From NCBI GenBank assembly GCA_963663235.2, contig CAXXNO010000006.1, forward strand, positions 256,001-320,000: a DNA stretch of 64,000 nt, in the 5' to 3' direction. The notes beneath the pieces were generated by a model. That model searched no databases. It was not told where the DNA came from and was given only the letters and a program-made list of their open reading frames with translations. A program made the position numbers and the translations under genes. How positions within the stretch are numbered: the stretch's first letter is position 1; every line of letters starts with the position of its first letter. Positions 48,547-57,169 of the stretch are shown piece by piece. Source of the DNA: Dehalococcoidia bacterium. Its GTDB lineage: Bacteria; Chloroflexota; Dehalococcoidia; Bin125.

Positions 48547-50298
48547 TTAGCCGGGTTCCGCCGGCTGGGGCTCCACCGTCAGGATCTCCACCTTGATGCG
48601 GAATCCAAAGGGCGGAAGGAGCGGCATCCAGCCCGGCGTCTGCTCAAGCTGCACCGGCCGCCGCAAAGTCAGGCTACGATTGAGCAACTCCTCGGCCGCC
48701 CCCGGCCGCTCCCATCGCACCGCGCGCTCGACCGCCTGGGGCACGATCGTCGCTGCCACGACGCCCTGCACCATCATATCGAACGTGATCTGGTCGAGGG
48801 CTTCATCGTAGGTCGCCTCGCCGAGCGCGCTTGCCGTCAGCGACTCGCGCACCACCTCGAAGCCGGAGCCCCGCTCGCGCCGGATCCGGCGGGCGGCCAG
48901 TTCGCGGATCTCATCGAGATCCACGCCCACCACCGATACCAACCCGACCGTGGTGAGCTCCACCACGTCGGCAGGCTCGGTCAGCGGCGGATCGAACTCC
49001 TCGCGGAGCACCTCGAGGCGCGCGCTTGCCGGGTGGAACGTGAAGCGCCCTTGCGCCTGCGCCTCCAAGGCCCGGAGGCCGTGGTTGAGGAGGATTCGCT
49101 CACTCGTATCGCGCAGGCGATCGATCTGGGCAGGGCCCGCGCCCCGATCCCGCCGCACGGTGCCGCCCGTGAGCGAGACGGGAAGCGTGACGCTGACGCG
49201 GTCGATGAACTCGGCGCTCGGTACGAGCGGCGTCCCGGCCGCCAGGTTTGCCTCGGGCCCCGGCGTCTCCGCCTCCACCAGGACCAGAACCGCGGCGCCC
49301 TCCCCCGCCGGCAGCGTGGCGGGCGCGAGCGTGCCGAACGACGGACCGCTGCCTGCCGAGACCAGCGTCCCGGCGGGCAGATCGACCTGGGAGGCCGTAA
49401 GGTTCGCGAAGCGCACGGAGCCGCCGGCTGGGGCGTCAGGGACGGAGACGAAGCCCGTGCTGACGAGCGCGTCCCTGGCGTCGACTTCGACCGTGATGCG
49501 GCGCGCGGGGAGGACGCCTTCCTCAGGCGCCTCGCCCTCGGGCACCACGCGGGCCACCACGGACAAGGGGATGTCCACCGGCGTCAGCTCGGGCGCAAGG
49601 CGGATCGTGGCCGAGGGCGCGACCAGGCCCGCCGCCACGATCGCCCCGAGCAAGAGGGCCGTCAGGGACAGCGAGCGGATCACGAAGCCGAAGGCGGGGA
49701 GCGGCACCCGCACTACGCCGAGCCGGAGGTAGCGTGGGAGCAAGCGGCCGTCGCGGACCTCGCGGCCGCGCATCGAGCCGACGACGAGGAGCCCCTGCTT
49801 GCGCGCCAGGCGGCGCAGCTTGCTGCTGCGCGTCTCCAAGATCAGTCCGATCCGCGTCGCATCCACGTGGCGGCGGAGCAGGCGCATGCCCAGTTCCGAG
49901 CCCAGCGACGGATTGCGGCGGTGTATGCGCGCCACCACCGTACCGCCCGGCCGGGCGCTGAGCTTGGCGCGGATCGCGGCGATGTCATCGTTGCGACCGA
50001 TCTGGACCGTGCGCACGTCGGCGCTTTCGTCCACCTCCGCTTCGGGCGCAGCAGGCAGAGCGGGCGCGACGCGTCGGGTCCGCCTGGGCACGCGAGCGCG
50101 CACCCGCGCAAACGCGGCGAGGACGCGGCGCCCGGTGTGCCGCGATCGATCAAACAGCGACCACAGGACACGTACGAGCCGGGCCAGCGCCGAGCGGGAG
50201 CGCGCGGCGCCGTGTCGGGCGGCGCGCAGCCACGAGCGCAGACGGCGCCAGGCGCGGAGCAGCTTGTCTCGAACGGTGTCGGCGAGATCAGCGGCCAT
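48547..50298 (-). CDS. Membrane-anchored baseplate J/gp47-like protein
   Basis: Basic cytoplasmic N-domain, one TM, then AGGSVRFAN..LPAGTLV..F.TL..V.AETPGPEANLAAG..LTGG baseplate-J-type beta module; assignment by motif recognition only. Confidence 0.65.
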   Translation of the reverse strand: MAADLADTVRDKLLRAWRRLRSWLRAARHGAARSRSALARLVRVLWSLFDRSRHTGRRVLAAFARVRARVPRRTRRVAPALPAAPEAEVDESADVRTVQIGRNDDIAAIRAKLSARPGGTVVARIHRRNPSLGSELGMRLLRRHVDATRIGLILETRSSKLRRLARKQGLLVVGSMRGREVRDGRLLPRYLRLGVVRVPLPAFGFVIRSLSLTALLLGAIVAAGLVAPSATIRLAPELTPVDIPLSVVARVVPEGEAPEEGVLPARRITVEVDARDALVSTGFVSVPDAPAGGSVRFANLTASQVDLPAGTLVSAGSGPSFGTLAPATLPAGEGAAVLVLVEAETPGPEANLAAGTPLVPSAEFIDRVSVTLPVSLTGGTVRRDRGAGPAQIDRLRDTSERILLNHGLRALEAQAQGRFTFHPASARLEVLREEFDPPLTEPADVVELTTVGLVSVVGVDLDEIRELAARRIRRERGSGFEVVRESLTASALGEATYDEALDQITFDMMVQGVVAATIVPQAVERAVRWERPGAAEELLNRSLTLRRPVQLEQTPGWMPLLPPFGFRIKVEILTVEPQPAEPG

Positions 50299-50303
50299 GA
50301 TCG

Positions 50304-53183
50304 TCAGCCGGCGCGCTGGGCCCTCACGATCTCGGGCGTCGCGGCGAGCGCCTCATCGAGCCGCGAGGCATCTTTGCCGCCCGCCTGCGCCATCTCGGGC
50401 CGCCCTCCGCCACCGCCGCCGGTGCGGGCCGCGACCTCTTTAATCAACCGTCCCGCGTGCAATCCCGCCTGCACGAGATCATCGGAGACCATAGCCACGA
50501 ACGTGGGGCGCTCCTTGGCGACTGCGCCCAAGACGATCACCCCGCTGCCGAGCCGGCGGCGGACCTCGTCGCCGGTCCGGCGCAGCGCATCGACCGAGGC
50601 GACATCGACGCGGCCCGCGACCACCTTGACGCCATCGACGTCCTGCGCCTGCGCGAGCAATGTCTCGGCGGAGCCGACGCCAGCGCTGCGGTCGGCGGCG
50701 GCCAAACGGCGACGAGCGCCCTCCAACTCCTCCTGCAACGCCCGCAGACGTGCGGGGACATCCATCGCCGGGCTGCGCAACATCTCCGCCGCCTCGTTCA
50801 GAAGCTGCAAGCGATCGGCCTGCCAGGTCTCCGCGGCGGCGCCGGTGAGCGCTTCGATCCGCCGGACCCCCGCGCCCACGCCGCCCTCCGAGACGATCTG
50901 GAAGCTGCCGATAAAGCCGGTGGTGGGCGTGTGCGTCCCGCCGCAGAGCTCCTTGCTAAAGCAATCGTGGGTGGCGGGATCGGGATCGCAGATATGCACC
51001 ACGCGCACGTCGGCGCCGTACTTCTCGCCGAAGATGGCGACCGCTCCCTCATCGATGGCGCGGTCATAGGGCATGAGGTCCACGCCGACAGGAACGACAT
51101 CGCGGATGCGGGCGTTGACCAGGCGCTGCACGGCGCGGAGTTGTTCGGCGGCTGGTGGCTCCGACTGCGTGTAGTCGAAGCGGAGGTGATCCGGTGCGAC
51201 GAGCGATCCAGCCTGGCGCACGTGTTCGCCCAAAACCTGACGCAGCGCCGCGTGCAGCAGATGCGTCGCGGTGTGGTTGCGCATGACGTCGTGACGGCGG
51301 TCGCGGTCGACTACGGCCTCGACGCTCTCGCCAACGGCCAGCGCACCGCGGATCACGCCGCCGACGTGCACGATCAGGTCACCGCGCGCTTGCGTATCGC
51401 GGATCTCCACTTCGCCGTTGGGGGCCAGCAAGCGGCCCGCATCGCCCACCTGGCCGCCGCCTTCCGGATAGAAGGGCGTGCGCTCCAGGATCACTTCCAC
51501 GAGGTCGCCGCTCTGCGCCTGCGACGCCGCGCGGCCGTCCACGATCAGCGCCCGCACGACGTCGGCGTCGCGCGTGCGCTCATAGCCGAGAAACTCCGTG
51601 CGGCCGCCAATGGAAGTGTAGAGAGCGTCATCCGCCTGCATGCGGAACTCAGCAGCGGCACGGCCGCGCTGCTGCTGGCGGGCCATCTCCGCCTCGAAGC
51701 CGTCTTGGTCAAAGCCGAGGTTCGCTCGGGCGGCCACCTCACGAGTGAGCTCAGAAGGGAAACCGTACGTGTCGTAGAGCAGGAATGCTTCAGCGCCGGT
51801 GATCTCGCGCACGTGCAGGGACGCTCTGCCTAATTGATCCGAGGTGGGCTGCGGATCCGACTGCTTACCGATCTCGTGGAGGACCGCATCGATTGTTGTC
51901 CGCAGCAGCCGGATAGTCGCCGAGTCGGTCGTACCCGCGCGTGACGCGATGCCGTCGATATTCGCTCGCACCTCCCGGATCAGCGGGTCCACCGGAGCTT
52001 CGACGTGATCGGGGCGCCCAACGCCCTGGCGCGCCCGCTGGAGTTGCTGCGCGATGCTTCCCTTCAAGTCAATGGCGGCCTCCAGCATCCGGTGGCCGGT
52101 CTCCAGCGTGCGGCGGAAGCGCTCTTCTTCTTGAGCCAGGACGCCGTCTACGAGCGCCGCCTGCTCGCGCAGCTCGGGGTACGCGGGGGCCATATGCGCG
52201 CGCACCTTGCCGGCGACGTCGGCGAGGAGTGGCTCATCGATGCCGAGCGTGTGCGCCATGTACAGAGCCCGACGGATGAGCCGCCGCAGGACGTAGCCGC
52301 GGCCCTCATTGCCGGGCAGGACGCCATCGGCGATGAGGAAGGTGACGGCGCGGCCGTGCTCCGTAATGACGCGCAGGGCGCGCCGCTCCTCGGCGGCCGC
52401 GGCTTCGTAGTGGCGATCGCAGCGGCCGGCGACGTAGGCCAGGATGGGGGTAAAGAGATCCGTCTCGTAGAGGCTGCGCTTTTCCTGGAGGACCATGGCC
52501 CAGCGCTCCAGGCCGGCCCCGGTATCGATGTTCTTCGCGGGCAGCGGGGTCTTGGTCCCATCCCGGCCGCGCAGGAATTGCATGAAGACCAGGTTCCAGA
52601 TCTCCAGGTAGCGGCCGGTCTCGTCGCTGGGCTGCGACTCGCGGCCGTCATCGACCTCTGATCCGTAGTCGAAGTAGATCTCGGAGCAAGGGCCGCAGGG
52701 CCCGTCCTCGCCGGCGAACCAGTAGTTGCCCTCGGCTTCGCCGTAGCGGAAGATCTTGCTCTCGGGCACGCCGATCTTGCGCCAGATGTCGAAGGCCTCG
52801 TCGTCGTCGAGGTAAACGGTGGTCACCAGTCGCTCCGGCGGCAGGCCCAGCTCGCGGGTCACCAGCTCCCAGGCGAATGCCTGGGCATCCGCCTTGAAGT
52901 AATCGCCGAACGAAAAGTTGCCCATCATCTCGAAGAACGTGAGATGGGAATCATCGCCGACCTCGTCCATGTCGGTGGTGCGAAAGCACTTTTGGATGGA
53001 GGTCAAGCGGCGGCTGGGCGGCTCCGCCTGTTCGAGGAAATACGGCTTGAACGGCACCATGCCCGCGCTGGTGAACAGTAACGTGGGATCGCCGGGGGCA
53101 ACCAATGGGGCGCTGGCGACCCGGAGATGATTCTTGTGGACGAAAAAGTCAGTGAAGCGTCGGCGGATTTCGCTGGCATCCAT
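50304..53183 (-). CDS. alaS: Alanine-tRNA ligase with an internal insertion
   Basis: LLFTSAGMVPFK, GNFSFGDYFK, GPCGPCSEI, HTATHLLH, ELCGGTH, GGGGGRPEMAQAGG. Confidence 0.98.
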   Translation of the reverse strand: MDASEIRRRFTDFFVHKNHLRVASAPLVAPGDPTLLFTSAGMVPFKPYFLEQAEPPSRRLTSIQKCFRTTDMDEVGDDSHLTFFEMMGNFSFGDYFKADAQAFAWELVTRELGLPPERLVTTVYLDDDEAFDIWRKIGVPESKIFRYGEAEGNYWFAGEDGPCGPCSEIYFDYGSEVDDGRESQPSDETGRYLEIWNLVFMQFLRGRDGTKTPLPAKNIDTGAGLERWAMVLQEKRSLYETDLFTPILAYVAGRCDRHYEAAAAEERRALRVITEHGRAVTFLIADGVLPGNEGRGYVLRRLIRRALYMAHTLGIDEPLLADVAGKVRAHMAPAYPELREQAALVDGVLAQEEERFRRTLETGHRMLEAAIDLKGSIAQQLQRARQGVGRPDHVEAPVDPLIREVRANIDGIASRAGTTDSATIRLLRTTIDAVLHEIGKQSDPQPTSDQLGRASLHVREITGAEAFLLYDTYGFPSELTREVAARANLGFDQDGFEAEMARQQQRGRAAAEFRMQADDALYTSIGGRTEFLGYERTRDADVVRALIVDGRAASQAQSGDLVEVILERTPFYPEGGGQVGDAGRLLAPNGEVEIRDTQARGDLIVHVGGVIRGALAVGESVEAVVDRDRRHDVMRNHTATHLLHAALRQVLGEHVRQAGSLVAPDHLRFDYTQSEPPAAEQLRAVQRLVNARIRDVVPVGVDLMPYDRAIDEGAVAIFGEKYGADVRVVHICDPDPATHDCFSKELCGGTHTPTTGFIGSFQIVSEGGVGAGVRRIEALTGAAAETWQADRLQLLNEAAEMLRSPAMDVPARLRALQEELEGARRRLAAADRSAGVGSAETLLAQAQDVDGVKVVAGRVDVASVDALRRTGDEVRRRLGSGVIVLGAVAKERPTFVAMVSDDLVQAGLHAGRLIKEVAARTGGGGGGRPEMAQAGGKDASRLDEALAATPEIVRAQRAG

Positions 53184-53215
53184 TGAACAGAGCCAGTATA
53201 GGACGACGATCGAGG

Positions 53216-53245
53216 TTGACAGCGCGCGGGCGGAGTTCCTAGCGT
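53216..53245 (+). promoter_or_regulatory. Promoter TTGACA-N18-TAGCGT for the glmU operon, divergent from the alaS -10 TATACT (53195-53200, minus)
   Basis: Perfect -35; hexamers read directly. Confidence 0.75.
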
Positions 53246-53392
53246 GGAGAGGTCAAGACACGGCCCCCGGGATGGGCCGTCACCACAGGCGTTTGGACAC
53301 TTCCGACCCTCCCAGTCCGTTCCCTTCTTCAGGCCCTGAAGCGTCGGCCGGCGGCAGGCCGCGCTGGGCGAGCCGCCTCTCGTCTGCAACGC

Positions 53393-54781
53393 ATGACAAC
53401 TGACGCCCCCACACTCCGGGCGACCACCGCGGTGGTCCTGGCGGCAGGGGCGGGCACACGCATGCGCTCGTCCCACCCGAAGGTGCTGCACCCGATCTGC
53501 GGCCGACCGATGCTGCTGCACGTCCTGCACGCCGTTCGCGAGGCGGGCGTGGAGCAGATCGTCGTGGTGACGGGACACGAGGAGGCGGCGGTCCGCGAAC
53601 GCGTGGATGGATTCGTGTCCAACGGCGCCTCCGTGCGCTTTTCCTCGCAAGTAGAGCAGCGCGGTACGGGCCACGCCACGCTCCAGGCGCAGCGCGCCGT
53701 TCGCACGCCCAGGGCGCTGGTGGTCAACGGAGACTTGGCCTTAATCACCGCCGAGCAGATCCGCGCCGTCCTGGCCGCGCCACCGGCGCGCGCCGTAGTC
53801 GCCACGGCCGAGGTGCCCGATCCCGCGGGGTTGGGCCGCATTGTCCGCGACGACGGAGGCGGGATCGCCACCATCGTGGAGGAGGCCGACGCCGACAGCG
53901 AGGCCGCGGCGATTCGCGAGGTGAACTTGGGCATCTATCGCTTCGACGCACCCTGGCTGTGGGCCACCCTGGAGTCCCTGCAAGCGAGCCCCAGCGGCGA
54001 GTTCTACCTGACCGACGCGGTCGCCATTGCGGCGCGGGGGGCGCGCGGGGCGCTGCCGGTGCGGACGTCCGCGCCCGAGGGACGGATCAACGTCGAGGAC
54101 CGGCGCGATCTGGCGCGGGCGGAAGCGTGCATGCGGGATCGGATCCGGACACGCTGGCTGGAGGCCGGCGTCACCATGCGCGACCCCGCCAGTACCTACA
54201 TCGACGCCGACGTAGAGATCGGCTGCGACACGGTGCTGGAACCAGGCACCCACCTCCGGGGCGCGACCAAGCTGGGAGGGGACTGTCTCGCCGGGCCCAA
54301 CAGCGTGATCCAGGACACGCAGACCGGTGACGGCTGCACGCTGGTCGGCTGCTCGATCGAGGAAGCCCGTCTCGGCGACCGGGTTCGCGTCGGACCGTAC
54401 AGCACGATCCGCAGCGGCACAGTCCTAGACGACGACGTCCACGTGGGCACGCACGCCGAGACCAAGAACGCGCACTTGCACCGAGGCGTGCAGATGGCCC
54501 ATTTCGCGTACGTCGGTGACGCGGACGTGGGGGTGGAGACGAACATCGGCGCGGGGGCGATTACCTGCAACTTCGACGGGGTCGCGAAGCATCGCACGGT
54601 GATCGGAGAGCGGGTGTTCATCGGCAGCGACTCGTTGCTCATCGCACCGATCGAGATCGGAGACGGCGCCGTCACGGGCGCCGGCGCCGTGGTGAACCGC
54701 TCCGTGCCCGCGGGCGCACGAGTGCTGGGGCATCCGGCGAGGCAGGCGCGCGAGCGCGAGCGGGAGCGGGAGCAGCGATGA
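53393..54781 (+). CDS. glmU: Bifunctional GlcNAc-1-P uridyltransferase/acetyltransferase
   Basis: LAAGAGTRMRS..PKVLH, GEFYLTD, hexapeptide repeats, NIGAGAITCNFDG. Confidence 0.97.
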   Translation: MTTDAPTLRATTAVVLAAGAGTRMRSSHPKVLHPICGRPMLLHVLHAVREAGVEQIVVVTGHEEAAVRERVDGFVSNGASVRFSSQVEQRGTGHATLQAQRAVRTPRALVVNGDLALITAEQIRAVLAAPPARAVVATAEVPDPAGLGRIVRDDGGGIATIVEEADADSEAAAIREVNLGIYRFDAPWLWATLESLQASPSGEFYLTDAVAIAARGARGALPVRTSAPEGRINVEDRRDLARAEACMRDRIRTRWLEAGVTMRDPASTYIDADVEIGCDTVLEPGTHLRGATKLGGDCLAGPNSVIQDTQTGDGCTLVGCSIEEARLGDRVRVGPYSTIRSGTVLDDDVHVGTHAETKNAHLHRGVQMAHFAYVGDADVGVETNIGAGAITCNFDGVAKHRTVIGERVFIGSDSLLIAPIEIGDGAVTGAGAVVNRSVPAGARVLGHPARQAREREREREQR

Positions 54782-56061
54782 GTGGTCCCTCGATCGCCGC
54801 GCTGGTGATCGTGATCGTCGCGTTCGTGCTGCTCATCTTGCAGGCGAGCGCCGAAGTCGGCGTGATCAGTGTCAGCCGCAGCCGCGCCCGCCTGCTCCTG
54901 GACCGCGATCCGGAGAACCCGCGGGCCCAGGGGCTGCAACGGGTGATTCAGAATCGCGAGCGGGCGCTGGGCTCGTTCGCGCTGGGGCGCAGCCTAGCGG
55001 TGGTGACCGGGCTGGCGGCGGCGCTGTACCTAATCGTGCGGGAGTGGGGCTTCGACTGGGAGGCGGTGGTCGGCACCGCCGCGGTCGGGTTCGTCATCAT
55101 CGCCCTCGCCCAAGGAGTGCCGCGGCGGCTGGCCGAAAGAAACCCGGAAGCGTTCGGCCTGCAGCTCGCTCCGACAATGCGGCGGCTGGAGGCGGTGTTC
55201 CGCATCCCCGCCGCGCTGTTCGAGGCGCCCGCTCTGCTGCTGCCGCGGCCTGAGCGGGCCAGCGGATCGGAGCCGGAGCCGCTCGAGATTCTGCTGGAGC
55301 GTGAAGAGGCCGGGGAGGGGATCGAGGCGGATGAGCGCCAGATGATCCGCGGCGTGATCGAAATCGGCGAGACAGCGGTGCGCGAGGAGATGGTGCCGCG
55401 GGCGGACATTGTGGCCGTCGACGTGGAATCGGCGTTGTCGGCGGCGGCGCGGACGGCGGTGCAGAGCGGCGTCTCCCGGCTGCCCGTGATTGAGGGCGGC
55501 ATCGACAACGTCGTGGGCATCCTGTACGCGAAGGACATCCTGGCCAAGCTCGTGGCGGAAGAGGACTGTCAGGTGCGTGAGTTGATGCGATCACCGCTGC
55601 TCGTGCCCGAGTCCAAACAGATTGACGAGATGCTGGCCGAGTTCCGACGCAGCCGCGTGCACATGGCGATCGTCCTGGATGAGTACGGCGGTACGGCGGG
55701 ACTGATCACGATCGAGGATCTGCTGGAGGAGATCGTGGGTGAGATTGAGGACGAGTACGACCGGGGCGGCGACAGCGTCGTGGTGGTCTCAGAGCACGAA
55801 GCGATCCTGGATGGGGGCGTCTCCACGGACCGACTGGACGAGCTATTCCACGTCAAAGTCGAGCCAGGCGACTTCGACACCGTGGCGGGCTTCGTTTTCG
55901 ATCAGTTGGGGAAGATTCCGGTGATCGGCGACTGCGTTCGGGTGAACGGCCTGGACCTCTCCGTGGTGAGCATGAGCGGCCGGCGGATCACCAAGCTGCG
56001 GGCGCGTCAAGAGCCCGAGGGGGCCGACGCATCCGATGGCAGCGATCGCTCGGGCGCATGA
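54778..56061 (+). CDS. Hemolysin/CorC-type CNNM-CBS-CorC domain membrane protein
   Basis: N-terminal TMs, MVPRADI, SRLPV, DEYGGTAGLITIEDLLEEIVGEIEDEYD. Confidence 0.93.
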   Translation: MSGPSIAALVIVIVAFVLLILQASAEVGVISVSRSRARLLLDRDPENPRAQGLQRVIQNRERALGSFALGRSLAVVTGLAAALYLIVREWGFDWEAVVGTAAVGFVIIALAQGVPRRLAERNPEAFGLQLAPTMRRLEAVFRIPAALFEAPALLLPRPERASGSEPEPLEILLEREEAGEGIEADERQMIRGVIEIGETAVREEMVPRADIVAVDVESALSAAARTAVQSGVSRLPVIEGGIDNVVGILYAKDILAKLVAEEDCQVRELMRSPLLVPESKQIDEMLAEFRRSRVHMAIVLDEYGGTAGLITIEDLLEEIVGEIEDEYDRGGDSVVVVSEHEAILDGGVSTDRLDELFHVKVEPGDFDTVAGFVFDQLGKIPVIGDCVRVNGLDLSVVSMSGRRITKLRARQEPEGADASDGSDRSGA

Positions 56062-56080
56062 TATACGCTGCCCGCCAACG

Positions 56081-57169
56081 ATGACCGCGCCAGACCTCGC
56101 CTACCGCTTGGCCTTCGCCCGGGTACCCCGCATCGGCAGCCGCCGCGCGGAGCTGCTGGAGCGGCACTTTCCCAACTTGGCGGACGCCTGGAGCGCCGGC
56201 CGTGCGGACTTGCAAGCGGCGGGGCTCGATGCGGCCACCATTCGATCGCTGCAACAGGTACGCGCCTCCGTCGAGCCGGAGACGGAATTGGAGCGCATGC
56301 ACCAAGCGGGCGTCCAGGCGCTCAGCCGGCATGACCCCGCCTACCCGGCGCGGCTCCGCGAGATCGACGATCCGCCGCCCGTGCTGTTCATGCGGGGGAC
56401 GATTGAGCCACGAGATGAGTGGTCCGTAGCCGTGGTCGGCACACGCCGCGTGACGCCGTACGGGCGGCAGATCACGGAGCAGTTCAGCCGCGATCTGGCC
56501 CATAATGGCATCACCGTCGTCAGCGGGCTGGCGCGCGGCGTCGACGGAATCGCGCACCAATCGGCCCTGGCCGCCGACGGCCGCAGCATCGGTGTCCTGC
56601 CCTGCGGGCTGGACACCGTGTACCCGCCGGAACACGCGGCGCTGGCGCGCCAACTGGCGGAGAACGGCGCGCTGGTTTCGGAGCAGCCGTTGGGCGTGCC
56701 GCCACGCGCCGACTATTTTCCGCGGCGCAACCGCATCCTCAGCGGACTGACGCTGGGCACGTTGGTGATCGAAGCGGGTGAAGGGTCGGGCGCGCTGCAT
56801 ACTGCCAACTGGGCGAATGCGCAGAACCGGGAAGTGTTCGCGTTGCCCGGCCGGATTACGTCACCGAGCAGCCACGGCACCAACGCGCTGATCCAACAAG
56901 GGATGGCGAAACTCGTCACCAACACGCGTGACATCCTGGAAGAGTTGAACCTCCAGATGGTGGAGCATCAGATCGAGCTGGCCAGCGTGCTGCCCGACGA
57001 CCCCACGCAGGCCACGATCCTCCGGCACCTGAGCGACGATCCCACACACATCGACGAGACGGTGCGTGCTGTGGGGCTGCCGACTTCGACCGTTACGAGC
57101 ACGATGGCTATGCTCGAACTTAAGGGATTGGTCCGACAAGTGGGACCGATGACGTATGTCCGCAAGTAA
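56081..57169 (+). CDS. dprA: DNA processing protein DprA
   Basis: AVVGTR, VSGLARGVD, FPRRNRILSGL, SGALHTA, C-terminal winged helix. Confidence 0.97.
   Translation: MTAPDLAYRLAFARVPRIGSRRAELLERHFPNLADAWSAGRADLQAAGLDAATIRSLQQVRASVEPETELERMHQAGVQALSRHDPAYPARLREIDDPPPVLFMRGTIEPRDEWSVAVVGTRRVTPYGRQITEQFSRDLAHNGITVVSGLARGVDGIAHQSALAADGRSIGVLPCGLDTVYPPEHAALARQLAENGALVSEQPLGVPPRADYFPRRNRILSGLTLGTLVIEAGEGSGALHTANWANAQNREVFALPGRITSPSSHGTNALIQQGMAKLVTNTRDILEELNLQMVEHQIELASVLPDDPTQATILRHLSDDPTHIDETVRAVGLPTSTVTSTMAMLELKGLVRQVGPMTYVRK

Noticed and set aside
48547-50298. Prophage or contractile injection system
   Set aside because: No sheath, tube, spike, capsid or lysis genes nearby.
54745-54778. GAGCGC/GAGCGG hexamer repeats at the end of glmU
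   Set aside because: A short in-frame low-complexity tail (REREREREQR) with no evident effect on frame.
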